Shown in pieces: positions 51,205 to 60,493 of a DNA stretch of 64,000 nucleotides. Position numbers and translations under genes: made by a program. The notes beneath the pieces were generated by a model. It saw nothing but the letters and a program-made list of their open reading frames with translations, did no database searches and was not told where the DNA came from. Numbering within the stretch: position 1 is the stretch's first letter; the number at the start of each line of letters is the position of its first letter. This DNA is from Bacteroidota bacterium (GTDB lineage: Bacteria > Bacteroidota > Bacteroidia > Bacteroidales > UBA6013), in contig JAIFMG010000097.1 of NCBI GenBank assembly GCA_020048645.1, positions 1,498-65,497 on the forward strand, in the 5' to 3' direction.

Positions 51205-51990
51205 CTAGATCTGCTTGAAGGAAGTCAGGATGCCCTTGATGAGCGAAGAGCTGAAGCCCTCGTGCTCCATCTCGTTGAGGCCCGCGATGGTGCAGCCCTT
51301 GGGCGTGGTAACCTTGTCGATCTCGTGCTCGGGGTGCTGGCCGTTGGCCATGAGCAGGGCCGCGGCCCCTTTGACCGTCTGCGAGGCGATGAGCTGGGCC
51401 GTGTCCGAATCGAAGCCGATCTGGATGCCGCCTTGCGAGGAGGCGCGGATGTAGCGCAGGGCGTAGGCGATGCCGCAGGCGCCCAGCACCGTGGCGGCGT
51501 CCATCAGGGCCTCGTCGATCAGGATGGCCTCGCCCAGCTCCTGGAACAGCGAGAGCACCAGGTCGCGGTCGGCGCCACTGGCCTTGTCGGCCGCCACGCA
51601 GGTCATGGATTCCTGGATGGCGATGGCCGTGTTGGGCATGGCACGGAACAAGGGCACTCCTGGCCCGCAGGCTTCCCGCATCTGGGCGATGGTGATGCCC
51701 GTTACCACCGAAATCAGCCGATGCTCGCCCGGTACTAGCACGGGCACGAGTTCGCGAATGACCTCCAGCACCTGCCAGGGCTTGACGGCCAGCACGATCC
51801 ACTGGCTCTCGCGGACGGCCAGGAGGTTGTCGTCGCCCACGCGGAAACCTTGCGCGGACAAGCCGGCCAGGCGGTCGAGGTGGCGCCGTGTTACGATGAT
51901 GTTCTCGGCCGTGGTCCAGCCGCTTTTGGCCAGGCCTTGGGCAATGGAGGCGCCAAGATTGCCGCCGCCGATGATGGCTACTTTTTTCAT
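51205..51990 (-). CDS. proC: Pyrroline-5-carboxylate reductase
   Basis: IIGGGNLG, LAVKP, RAMPN, VTTPKGCT. Confidence 0.95.
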   Translation of the reverse strand: MKKVAIIGGGNLGASIAQGLAKSGWTTAENIIVTRRHLDRLAGLSAQGFRVGDDNLLAVRESQWIVLAVKPWQVLEVIRELVPVLVPGEHRLISVVTGITIAQMREACGPGVPLFRAMPNTAIAIQESMTCVAADKASGADRDLVLSLFQELGEAILIDEALMDAATVLGACGIAYALRYIRASSQGGIQIGFDSDTAQLIASQTVKGAAALLMANGQHPEHEIDKVTTPKGCTIAGLNEMEHEGFSSSLIKGILTSFKQI

Positions 51991-52034
51991 AATGGTTGAT
52001 GTTGGAAAAATACCGGAGCGGTACCGAGATCGGT

Positions 52035-52862
52035 TCACTTCTTGGCCACCGGCTTCCACTTGGGCGGCTCTAGCCGCTGGATGGCCTGCTTGCGCGCTAC
52101 CAGGTAGATGCCGATGAGGATGAGCGGAATGCTGAGCAACTGCCCCATGTTCAGGAACATGCCCGCCTCGAAGTTGGCCTGGTCGTTCTTGACGAACTCG
52201 ATCAGGAAGCGCCCGCCGAATGAGGTGATGGTGAACCAGCCGAAAAGGTAGCCCAACTGGTGCTTGCGCTCGGTGCGGAAATAGATGTAGAGCAGCAAGG
52301 CGGCGGAAAAGGTGTAGAGGATGGCCTCGTACAACTGCGTGGGGTGCATGGGCAGGGTCTGGCCGTCGCGCACGAAGACGAAGCCCCAGGGCAGGTCGGT
52401 CTGGTGGCCGTAGATCTCGCTGTTCATCAGGTTTCCCGTGCGGATGAACAGCCCCGCGAGGGCGATCTGCGGCGACATGCGGTCCATGATCCAAAGGAAA
52501 GGCATCTTGGTAACATTGCGCGAAAAGAGCCACAACGCAACTGGAATGCCCACGGCCGCGCCATGGCTGGCCAGCCCTCCGCGCCAGATCTTCAGCATCT
52601 CGACCGGATTGGCAAGGTAGTAGGCCGGCTCGTAGAAAAGGCAATGGCCGAGCCGCGCGCCCAAGACCGTGCCGACGATCATGTAGATGAAGGCCGTGTC
52701 GGACCAGGTTTCAGGAGCGTTCTCCTCCTTGATGATCCGCTGCAAGATCAGCAGGCCCACCACGAAAGCAGTGGCGAAAAGCAGGCCGTACCATCGGATG
52801 GTTACCGGGCCAATTTCCAGCATGGTGGGATCCGCGTCCCAGACTACCGACAAAAGCATCAT
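52035..52862 (-). CDS. lgt: Prolipoprotein diacylglyceryl transferase
   Basis: IRWYG, GARLGH, GGLASHG, RTGNLMNSE, HPTQLYE, RFLIEF. Confidence 0.95.
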   Translation of the reverse strand: MMLLSVVWDADPTMLEIGPVTIRWYGLLFATAFVVGLLILQRIIKEENAPETWSDTAFIYMIVGTVLGARLGHCLFYEPAYYLANPVEMLKIWRGGLASHGAAVGIPVALWLFSRNVTKMPFLWIMDRMSPQIALAGLFIRTGNLMNSEIYGHQTDLPWGFVFVRDGQTLPMHPTQLYEAILYTFSAALLLYIYFRTERKHQLGYLFGWFTITSFGGRFLIEFVKNDQANFEAGMFLNMGQLLSIPLILIGIYLVARKQAIQRLEPPKWKPVAKK

Positions 52863-52944
52863 GGCGTGAGGGTTAAATTTAGTGGGGCAAAGATGGGCCA
52901 AAACGCACAAACCAGCAAATCGGCCTGGGCGGTAGGCATTCCGC

Positions 52945-52991
52945 AAAAAAGAAAGGCCCCCACCCTGCCCCAAGGCGCGGCGAGGGCCTTT
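52945..52991 (-). terminator. Probable intrinsic terminator after the propeller gene
   Basis: GAAAGGCCC...GGGCCTTTC stem with an A-run on its left. Confidence 0.55.
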
Positions 52992-53009
52992 CGCGGAACG
53001 TAGCCCGCA

Positions 53010-55826
53010 TCAGCTTTTTTCCAGTTCCGCGGCCTTGGCATCCGCTTGTGCCTTCTGCTCCTTGATCGTGCCCTTCTCGATGAGCCGCGTCAGGATAGAC
53101 CAGGTCGGGAAGAGCAAGGCCCCGACGATGGTGTCTCCCAAGATCTGGAAGAAGAATATCTGGCCAGTTACCCGGCGGACAATCGGCCCCAAGACCAGCG
53201 CGCCCAGCAGCTTGAAGATGGCCGTAACCGTTACCATCGTCAGGATCGAGGTCAGCATGTTGGCCTTGCGCTTGCGGTTCAGCACGATGGCCAGCAAAAG
53301 CAGCAGCAAGAAGCTGCCGACCTCGGCCACGTAGAACCACCATTGCTCGTACCAGGGCGTCAGGATGTGGAAGTCGTAGGTGGCCACCGTGCTCTGGTCG
53401 CCGTAGATGTTGCGGGCCTTGACCAGGAAGCGGTAGTCGCCCTTGTCGAGGTTGGTGAACTGCACCTGGGTCTCGGGCGTCCAGGGCGACCAGTCGGCGT
53501 TGTAGCCCTCCAGCCGGAAGCTGTACTCGAGCTTGTCCTCGTTGTCGAAGAAAGGCGCGGCGAACTCGAACTTGATGCTGTTCTGCTTGTGCTGGAGCTC
53601 CGGCCGCTGGCCCGCGACCTGGGCATAGGCCAAGGCCTGGCCGTGGTAGGCGGTTCCCCAGAACAGCACCGAGTCGGCCCCGAAGGTAACTTTGCGGATC
53701 AGGGTGTTGAAAAACTTGGGCGTTTCCCGCTTCTTCTGGTTGTTGTAGGTGAAAAGCCCTGCGGTGCCGCTGATCCAGATGATGCTGTCGTTGTCGGGGT
53801 GGACGGCCTGGACGGTCATCTCGGGCAATGAGCGAAGGCTCTGTTCGTCAAGCTCGTAGCGCCCCTCCGCCGTGCGGACGTAGTGGAACAGCTCGGTGCG
53901 GAAGGCGTCGCGGGCGGTGAGCCAGACTTCGCCCTTGCCGTCCTCGAACAGGCCCAGCACCCGCGTCCGCTCGTCCAACCCGAAGGCGTCCTCGGGCTCG
54001 AACATTCCGTCGGCGCCCAGCCGGAACAAGCCGCGGAGCGTCGAGAAGACCAGCCGCCCCTCAAGGCTGAGCAGGCCGTCGGCCAGCATGGGCGGCAAGT
54101 TGTTGGCCGGGCCGTAATCCCGCACCACCAACGAGTCGGGCACCTCGAAGGCGATGCTGTCGTTGCGGGCGCGGCCGAACTTCATCTGCCCCAGCCGGGC
54201 GAACTCGATGGCCTTGGCGCCCTGGTTGTGGAAGCTCATCCACAGGTTGCCCAGCGAATCCTCGGCCAAGTCGTTGACTGGCTGGTCGATCTCGGGCAGG
54301 CGGCCGTAGTCGAACCACTTGCCGTTCTGGTGGACCAGCAGGGCCAGGCCGTCCTTCAGCCCGACGAAGACCCAGCCGGGGCGCGCCTGCGAACGCAGCA
54401 CCGCGGAGACCTCGTAAGGCTCGTAATAGGCGTTGGTGGCCACGACGCGATCGTCGCGGCGCTGGTAATCCATCTTGACCTGCTCGGCAACGCCCTGGCC
54501 ATCGAAAGCCCAGAGGCCCTGCCGTGTGCCGGCCACCATGTAGTCGCCCGCGACTAGGCGGGTCTGCATCCGGCGCCCCACCTTGACCTGCTCCTCGCGG
54601 GTCATGCGCATCTCGAACCAGCCGACGTTGTCGCGGATGTGGCGCACCCGCTCGAAGGCGAAGGACTGGAGGGTGTCCTTGGCGAAGTAGATCTCGCCCA
54701 GGGTGCGCACGAACATCTGCCCCTTGAAGCGGTGCAGGTCCAGGATCACGTCCTTGACGGCGTTGGCCTCGTTGACCTTGCGCAGGGGCGAGTAGATCCG
54801 CGTGCGCGAGATGCCGTACTGCGACGAGAGCCAGAGCAGACGCGGGTCGTACTGCTGGTTGTTGTAGATGTGGTTGATCTGCTCCGAGGGCAGGCCCGCC
54901 TCGCGGCCGTAGCTTTCCATGACGCGGCGCTTCTGGTTGACCATCTCCTTGGTTATCACGATGGTGCCCCGGTTGATGGTCGAAAGCACGTAGGCGTCGG
55001 GCAGGGCCGTGGCCTGGAGCGCGAAGAAGTCGTCGAAGTCGTTCGACTCGGTGTGGAAGTGCCCAAAGCCGATCTTGTCGGTGTAGTAGAACATTCCCTC
55101 CTCAGCCGTGCAAAGGATGTGCTGGTGCGACTTGAAGGGCAGCATGGCCACGGTCTCGCGCTCGATGAAGTTCACGCCCCGGATCAGGGGCACCAGCTTG
55201 CCTTCGACCAGCTCCGAGAGGCCCTTGTCGCGCTCATGGACGAAGATCCGCCCGCCCACGGCGTAGATGTTCGTGAACAGCGTCTCGGTGGGGACCAGCG
55301 CCACGTTCGTCTCGCGCACCTGGCCCGAGAGGACTGGCAGGCTCGGGTAATGCACCACCGTGCGGCTGGTCTGGAAATAGACGCCGCCGCCCACGGCGAA
55401 GACCTTGCCCACGCCATCCACCTGCGGGTCGGCCAAGTTGAGGCCGTCCGAGAGCGAGTGGTACTCCAGCCTGCCGAATCGGTCGGGCGCCAGGTAGCCG
55501 AACTGGCTGCCCGCGCTGGCGTAGATCGTGCCCAGGCTGTCAATGGCCAGGCTCGAGACCACCCAGTCCGGATCCACGAAGATCTTCCGCCAGGTAGAGC
55601 CGTCGAACTCCAGGATGTAGCCGTTGTTCGCGAAATACATCAGCCCCGAGGCGCTTTGCACCGCCGAGAAGTTCTCCGGCGTGCCCTGGTACTCCTCCGG
55701 CTGGTAAGTGCGCACCAGCGGCGCCCCGAACACGTTGACCTGGCCCTGGCCCATCCCAAGCGATGAAAACCAAACCATCAAGACGCCAAAAAGCCCGATT
55801 CGCGCAGAAAAAAAACTCTTCCTCAT
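53010..55826 (-). CDS. Two-component-regulator propeller plus Y_Y_Y domain membrane protein
   Basis: Signal peptide, propeller repeats (EDSLGNLW, EDGKGEVW), YSFRLEG...WS.W...FTNL..GDYRFLVKA, PWY..WWF, then further TM helices and a very short tail. Confidence 0.85.
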   Translation of the reverse strand: MRKSFFSARIGLFGVLMVWFSSLGMGQGQVNVFGAPLVRTYQPEEYQGTPENFSAVQSASGLMYFANNGYILEFDGSTWRKIFVDPDWVVSSLAIDSLGTIYASAGSQFGYLAPDRFGRLEYHSLSDGLNLADPQVDGVGKVFAVGGGVYFQTSRTVVHYPSLPVLSGQVRETNVALVPTETLFTNIYAVGGRIFVHERDKGLSELVEGKLVPLIRGVNFIERETVAMLPFKSHQHILCTAEEGMFYYTDKIGFGHFHTESNDFDDFFALQATALPDAYVLSTINRGTIVITKEMVNQKRRVMESYGREAGLPSEQINHIYNNQQYDPRLLWLSSQYGISRTRIYSPLRKVNEANAVKDVILDLHRFKGQMFVRTLGEIYFAKDTLQSFAFERVRHIRDNVGWFEMRMTREEQVKVGRRMQTRLVAGDYMVAGTRQGLWAFDGQGVAEQVKMDYQRRDDRVVATNAYYEPYEVSAVLRSQARPGWVFVGLKDGLALLVHQNGKWFDYGRLPEIDQPVNDLAEDSLGNLWMSFHNQGAKAIEFARLGQMKFGRARNDSIAFEVPDSLVVRDYGPANNLPPMLADGLLSLEGRLVFSTLRGLFRLGADGMFEPEDAFGLDERTRVLGLFEDGKGEVWLTARDAFRTELFHYVRTAEGRYELDEQSLRSLPEMTVQAVHPDNDSIIWISGTAGLFTYNNQKKRETPKFFNTLIRKVTFGADSVLFWGTAYHGQALAYAQVAGQRPELQHKQNSIKFEFAAPFFDNEDKLEYSFRLEGYNADWSPWTPETQVQFTNLDKGDYRFLVKARNIYGDQSTVATYDFHILTPWYEQWWFYVAEVGSFLLLLLLAIVLNRKRKANMLTSILTMVTVTAIFKLLGALVLGPIVRRVTGQIFFFQILGDTIVGALLFPTWSILTRLIEKGTIKEQKAQADAKAAELEKS

Positions 55827-56046
55827 GGCAAAATATTCATTTTCAATAATTTATGCAAAAACCAATTTATTGTGTCCTCCTAAATTATCAAAAATCTTTG
55901 AGTAAAAAAGCCAATCGACCACAAAGCAAAGCATGAGGCGGCAAAACATGAAAAAGCCGGATGGGACATCTGCCAGGATGAAAATCAAGAAAAAGCGGCT
56001 CATAAGCAAACAACGGCAAGGCGAAATGCGCCCCGCCGGGGCCGGG

Positions 56047-57084
56047 CTACTTGTTGTCTTGCAGAATGGGCATGTCCACCCACGAGTCTATCTCGACCCA
56101 GACCGTGTCGTGGCTGAAATCGCACACGCGGGCCAGCCGCCGATTCCCATCGAGGCCAGCCTCCAACGATTCGGCCGAACCTCGGCAAAACAGGTAGGCG
56201 ATTTCGTTCTTGTTTTTGGGCAATGTGATGGAAAAATTCCCATCGCGGTCTGGCGCCATGCTGGTGTTGATGTCTCGGGGATACCAGCCATTGAAATCCC
56301 CGGTCAGGAAAATCTTGTCCGTCTTCGGGGTATTCGGGGGTATTCGCCTGAGGATGATGGTAACCCGGTTGTTCTGGGGTTCTGCCAAATCCTCCCAATT
56401 CTCAATTTTGACCCTCAAGGTATCGTCCTGGCCAAACACGAAGCGTCGATTCGAGATCTGGTGCCCGAATCGGTCCACCTCTACGGTGGGCCAGTTGCCC
56501 CGGGTGAACTTGAACTCGATGGCCTGGCCGTGGTCTTGCCGCAGGGTGATGGAATGCCTTCCGCTCGAATCGCGCTTGAGGCGGAAGCGCTCATCGCCTG
56601 GATCCCAGGAGTTGAAAGCCCCGGAAAGGTACAGGTTCTGGTTCAGCGGCGTGTTCGCGGGCAAGTCGTCCACCAGGATCGTGACACTGCCGCAGGTCGT
56701 AGGCTCCAGGTCGCTCCACGATGCGACGCGGAGGTAAACCGTATCCGCCGAACCATACCGAAAGGCATGGTTATCAATGGAATGTCCGCAGGGGTTGGCC
56801 TCCACGGTGGTCCAGTCGCCGCGGGAGACCTTGCACTGCAGCTCGCCGATGGCCTTGGGCAGGCGGAGCGTCCAGCGGTTGTCGGCTCCCTTTTCGAAAC
56901 GGTAGCGCGGGTCGCCGGGATCCCAGTCGTTGAAATTGCCCGCCAGGTAGAGGCTGGCGTTCTGGGGCGTGTTGGCTGGCAGCTCATCCAACACGACCAC
57001 AACCTCGTGGCAAGACTGCAAGAAAAGGACAGAGACCAGCCAGTATAGCGTGTTGTAAAAGTTGTGAAAATTCGCTATTGACAT
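56047..57084 (-). CDS. Lipoprotein made of three CBM20/CBM48-like repeats
   Basis: Lipobox FLQSC; three copies of (L/I)P.NTP....(L/I)(Y/F)L.G.FN.W.P with (K/F)xxRG motifs. Confidence 0.7.
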   Translation of the reverse strand: MSIANFHNFYNTLYWLVSVLFLQSCHEVVVVLDELPANTPQNASLYLAGNFNDWDPGDPRYRFEKGADNRWTLRLPKAIGELQCKVSRGDWTTVEANPCGHSIDNHAFRYGSADTVYLRVASWSDLEPTTCGSVTILVDDLPANTPLNQNLYLSGAFNSWDPGDERFRLKRDSSGRHSITLRQDHGQAIEFKFTRGNWPTVEVDRFGHQISNRRFVFGQDDTLRVKIENWEDLAEPQNNRVTIILRRIPPNTPKTDKIFLTGDFNGWYPRDINTSMAPDRDGNFSITLPKNKNEIAYLFCRGSAESLEAGLDGNRRLARVCDFSHDTVWVEIDSWVDMPILQDNK

Positions 57085-57144
57085 GACAATCAACTTTATG
57101 GAAATGGCGAAGTGGAAAACAAGACCACGGCGAGGCAATTCTGG

Positions 57145-57918
57145 CTAACCATCCATCCATTCCAAAAAGGCCGAGACTTTTGCCCGGCTGATGATCGTCT
57201 CCTGCTCGGTCTTGGGCTTTAGCTCCAGCAAGAGCCTGCTGTTGAAGTACTTGCTCACCTTGGCGATGGAATCAATCTTGATGAGGAAGCTGCGGTTGAT
57301 GCGGAAGAACAGCTTGGGATCCAAGAGGTTGCCCAACTGTTCGAGCGTGTATTCGATGATGAAGCGCTTGGCGTCGGCCCGGACCAGGAAGACCTCGTTG
57401 TCCTCGGCGTAGAAATAGGCGATCTCCGCGAGGCTGATGCTCTCGATGCGGTCGCCCACCTTGGCGATGAAGCGGGTCTTGTACTCGGGCTTCTCCGAGA
57501 GCTTGAGCAGCTTCTCGAGCTTCTGCTCGTCGAGCAAATCCCCGGCCTTTCCGCCCAGGCTGCTGCGCATGTTCTTGAGCTTGTCCATGGCCGCCTTGAG
57601 CTCGGCTTCCTTGACGGGCTTGAGCAGGTAGCCGATGGTGTTGACCTTGAAGGCCTCGAGGGCGTAGTTGTCGTAGGCCGTCGTGAAGATGATGGGCGCG
57701 CTGACCTTGGTCTGCTCAAAAATCTCGAAGCTCTTTCCGTCGGCCAGTTGTATGTCCATGAAAATCAGGTCCGGAGAGTCGTTCGCTTCGAGCCAGTCCA
57801 CGCTGTCCTCGACGGTGTCGAGGCAGTCGAGGATCTTGACCTCCGGCTCTACCTTGGCCAGCAGTCGCATCAGCTCGGCCTGGGCGAAAGGCTCGTCTTC
57901 AATGATGAGTATTCTCAT
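57145..57918 (-). CDS. LytTR-family response regulator
   Basis: IIEDE, FMDIQLADG, FTTAYD, YLLKP; LytTR FFRINRSF. Confidence 0.95.
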   Translation of the reverse strand: MRILIIEDEPFAQAELMRLLAKVEPEVKILDCLDTVEDSVDWLEANDSPDLIFMDIQLADGKSFEIFEQTKVSAPIIFTTAYDNYALEAFKVNTIGYLLKPVKEAELKAAMDKLKNMRSSLGGKAGDLLDEQKLEKLLKLSEKPEYKTRFIAKVGDRIESISLAEIAYFYAEDNEVFLVRADAKRFIIEYTLEQLGNLLDPKLFFRINRSFLIKIDSIAKVSKYFNSRLLLELKPKTEQETIISRAKVSAFLEWMDG

Positions 57919-59014
57919 GTTCTAGGGTGTTGGGGTTGGAAGTGGGGTTGTCTTGCTCATCCACGGCCTCGGCCAGCTCGGCATCCAGAAGCGGGACGCT
58001 GACAGTGAAAAACTCATCGGTATGCTCGACTTTCACCGGCAGTTCCGTGACGAAGGCGTACCGGCTGCGGATGTTCTCGAGGCCGATGCCAGACGAGTAC
58101 TCCTTCTGCTTTTTGAGTTGCAAATTGTTGCGGACGGTGATGTAAAGATCCCCCTCGTTGTAGATTTCGATGTGGAGGTTCTTTTTGCGCGAGACGACAT
58201 TGTGCTTGATGGAGTTCTCTATCAACATTTGCAAGGTCATGGGGGCGATGCGCTTGTCGAGCAGGTGCAGGTCGATGGAGACGCGGAAGCGCACGTTGTG
58301 CTGGAAGCGGGTCTCCTGGATGTAAACATAGGCGTCGATGGCCTCCAGCTCCTGGCTCAGCTTCACCGTGTTGTTCTTCCGCTGGTCCAGGATGTAGCGG
58401 TAGAAGCTCGAAAGCGAGCGCACGAAGTCGCCCGCCAGGTTGGGGTCGGCATGGACCAGCGAGGCCAGGGTGTTCAGGCTGTTGAACAAGAAATGCGGAT
58501 TGACCTGCGACCGCAGCATCTCCAGGTGGAACTCGGCCTTCTCGGTGCGGAAGCGCTCCAGCTCCGCCAGCGAATGCCGCCACCGCTTCATGAAGAACAG
58601 CCCCATATCCATCAGCACGAAGAAAAAAGTCGAGACCACGACATAGGAAGCCGCTATCACCTCATGAAAAAGGACCAGCAGGAAGTTGTCTGCGAACAAG
58701 TACATGTAGCCGACCCGCGCCAGACCAAAAATCGAAACCGAAAGCAGAAGGCTGACCGTCAACTGAAAGGCGATGCGCCGGCGCGGGCCGCCTTCCCAGG
58801 GCATGACCCGGTCCAGCTTCGTGTCGAACTTGCGCAGCAGCTCGCCCACCACAACCACCAGCAAGGCCACCAGAACGTACTTGTGGAGGAACCAGTCGTC
58901 GTAATTCTTGAGCAGCAGCATGAACACCACGTCGAAGCCGCCCTTGAGCGCCAGCCCAGCCATGAAGATGACCAATCTGCGAACCCACTTGTTTTTGAAG
59001 GTAGAGCGGTACAT
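57899..59014 (-). CDS. LytS/YehU-type sensor histidine kinase
   Basis: Four TM helices; SQVNPHFLFNSLN, LQMLIENSIKHN, GIGLENI. Confidence 0.93.
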   Translation of the reverse strand: MYRSTFKNKWVRRLVIFMAGLALKGGFDVVFMLLLKNYDDWFLHKYVLVALLVVVVGELLRKFDTKLDRVMPWEGGPRRRIAFQLTVSLLLSVSIFGLARVGYMYLFADNFLLVLFHEVIAASYVVVSTFFFVLMDMGLFFMKRWRHSLAELERFRTEKAEFHLEMLRSQVNPHFLFNSLNTLASLVHADPNLAGDFVRSLSSFYRYILDQRKNNTVKLSQELEAIDAYVYIQETRFQHNVRFRVSIDLHLLDKRIAPMTLQMLIENSIKHNVVSRKKNLHIEIYNEGDLYITVRNNLQLKKQKEYSSGIGLENIRSRYAFVTELPVKVEHTDEFFTVSVPLLDAELAEAVDEQDNPTSNPNTLEHENTHH

Positions 59015-59101
59015 GACGTTTTTTTACAAAGTTAAGGTTTGCCTGCAAAGTCCCAAAAACCCAAGCAAAAACAACACATTGAATGCTAAAAAGATGAAAA
59101 A

Positions 59102-59133
59102 TTAGGCTTGCCAAAGGAATCTGGCAAGCCTAA
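59102..59133 (-). terminator. Perfect hairpin, likely terminator of the 59182-59796 gene
   Basis: TTAGGCTTGCCA-AAGGAATC-TGGCAAGCCTAA with an A-run on its left. Confidence 0.7.
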
Positions 59134-59181
59134 CAGGTCAAACACGAAACAACAAATCACGGGTAGGGTAGTAAAAAGGGC

Positions 59182-59796
59182 TTATTTCTCAACGTTGGGC
59201 GCCTCGTGGGCGAAGTAGGCCTGGTTGAGCAAATCCCCATTTTGGCGAACCTCGATGGAACAGCTCTGCTCGGCCAGGGCGCTCAGGTCGTAGCCCAAGC
59301 GGTAGTGGGTCTGGCCACGGCCCAAGCGGCGGACGTGCAGCACTTGGCCATCTTGGCTGGTCACGGAAACCGTCACCACTTCGCCCACCGGCTTGCGGAC
59401 CAGCACCTGCGCCAGGTCTTCGCCCGTCGAAAGGATGTTGCTCTGCACCTCGGCCACTTCGATGACATTGTCCAAGCTCTTGGTAATCAGGCTCTCTCCA
59501 ATCAATTCTTGCCCATCGAAAATCTGGTAGGTGTAGTTGCCAGGGCGCAGGTGCGAAAGGTCGAGGCGCAGGCGCAGCTTGGCGCCGGTGCCCACAAGGC
59601 CGCGGTGGACGATGTTGCCGTTCTGGTCGAGCACCAGCAGGCGCAGCTCGGTGGCCGCGGGTTTGACGATGCGCAGGCTGACCTCGTTCTCGGCGCGCTT
59701 CACGAAGCTGGCCTCAATGGCGCTCTGGCCAAAGGAAAAGCTGGACAATCCGGTCAGGAAAAGGAAGGTGGCGAGTGAAAAAATTGACTTTTTCAT
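59182..59796 (-). CDS. Exported protein with two Ig-like (T9SS-CTD/DUF3244-like) repeats
   Basis: Signal peptide SFG-Q; repeats LDQNGNIVH...LDLSHL.PGNY and SQDGQVLH...YDLSAL; TATGTTTG box at 59919-59926. Confidence 0.65.
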   Translation of the reverse strand: MKKSIFSLATFLFLTGLSSFSFGQSAIEASFVKRAENEVSLRIVKPAATELRLLVLDQNGNIVHRGLVGTGAKLRLRLDLSHLRPGNYTYQIFDGQELIGESLITKSLDNVIEVAEVQSNILSTGEDLAQVLVRKPVGEVVTVSVTSQDGQVLHVRRLGRGQTHYRLGYDLSALAEQSCSIEVRQNGDLLNQAYFAHEAPNVEK

Positions 59797-60161
59797 GGTG
59801 TGTTCTTTTGTTAAGGTGAAAAATGCAAGGCCGCTCTTGCCGAAGGGCTGGCGCGCCTTTTCTGTCTTTTAAGTTCTCGGGGCGCCCCCTCGGGCAGTCC
59901 CATCGTTTGAACTTGATGCAAACATAGGCCGGATTGCCCCCGCCCCAAAGCCAATTCCTGCCAAACGCGCTTTCCGCCGGGCCAGTTGTCAATGCTCGGC
60001 CGTGAACCGACGATCCGCCGCCTTAGGCAAGCCCGAGCGCAAACGATTGATAAACAAGCGGTTCAAATCTAAGCCTAGCACCCTTGGCCCCTCTCGCCCG
60101 ACGATGGGCTCATGCCCACGAAAAAAAAATCACTTTTTTTGAAAAAAAATCGCTCCCCCTA

Positions 60162-60190
60162 TTGACTTTCTCATAAATACTTCTTATCTT
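60162..60190 (+). promoter_or_regulatory. Promoter TTGACT-N17-TATCTT with upstream A/T tracts
   Basis: TTGACT at 60162-60167, TATCTT(G) at 60185-60190, A/T tracts at 60121-60150. Confidence 0.6.
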
Positions 60191-60196
60191 GCTTGT

Positions 60197-60474
60197 GATT
60201 TCAGTTTGAACCTCCGCTCTACCGAAACTTGTCAAGGTTTTTTTGTCAGAGACTTCAGTGCCCTTCTTAGTTTTCTTACCTTTTGGTTTTGAGAATTTCG
60301 CTTTTTGGTCCGCTTTTGTTTCTAGTCAAGTACCTTTTTTGTCAGATTACGTCTTTTCTCAAGGTCTTTTTCTCGAAGTGTCTTAGTCCTTGTCCTGAAA
60401 GACGGAGGTTGTCATCAAGTTTTCGGTTCAACTTTTTTCCGCACCCGCGCCCCCACCGGCGCGGGTGTTTTCTT
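60197..60474 (+). ncRNA. Candidate structured non-coding RNA or leader upstream of rtcB
   Basis: Bounded by promoter and terminator, no credible ORF, four nested long-range stems, U-rich repeats (see findings). Confidence 0.5.
60442..60474 (+). terminator. Intrinsic terminator 20 nt before rtcB
   Basis: CACCCGCGCC-CCCACC-GGCGCGGGTG followed by TTTTCTT. Confidence 0.8.
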
Positions 60475-60493
60475 GAAATCCCCCTACCAAGCC

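Noticed and set aside
60220-60410. Hammerhead ribozyme in the rtcB leader (CTGAAAGA at 60395-60402, GAAAC at 60224-60228)
   Set aside because: The core is not CUGANGA, GAAA does not abut stem II, and no proper stem III forms.
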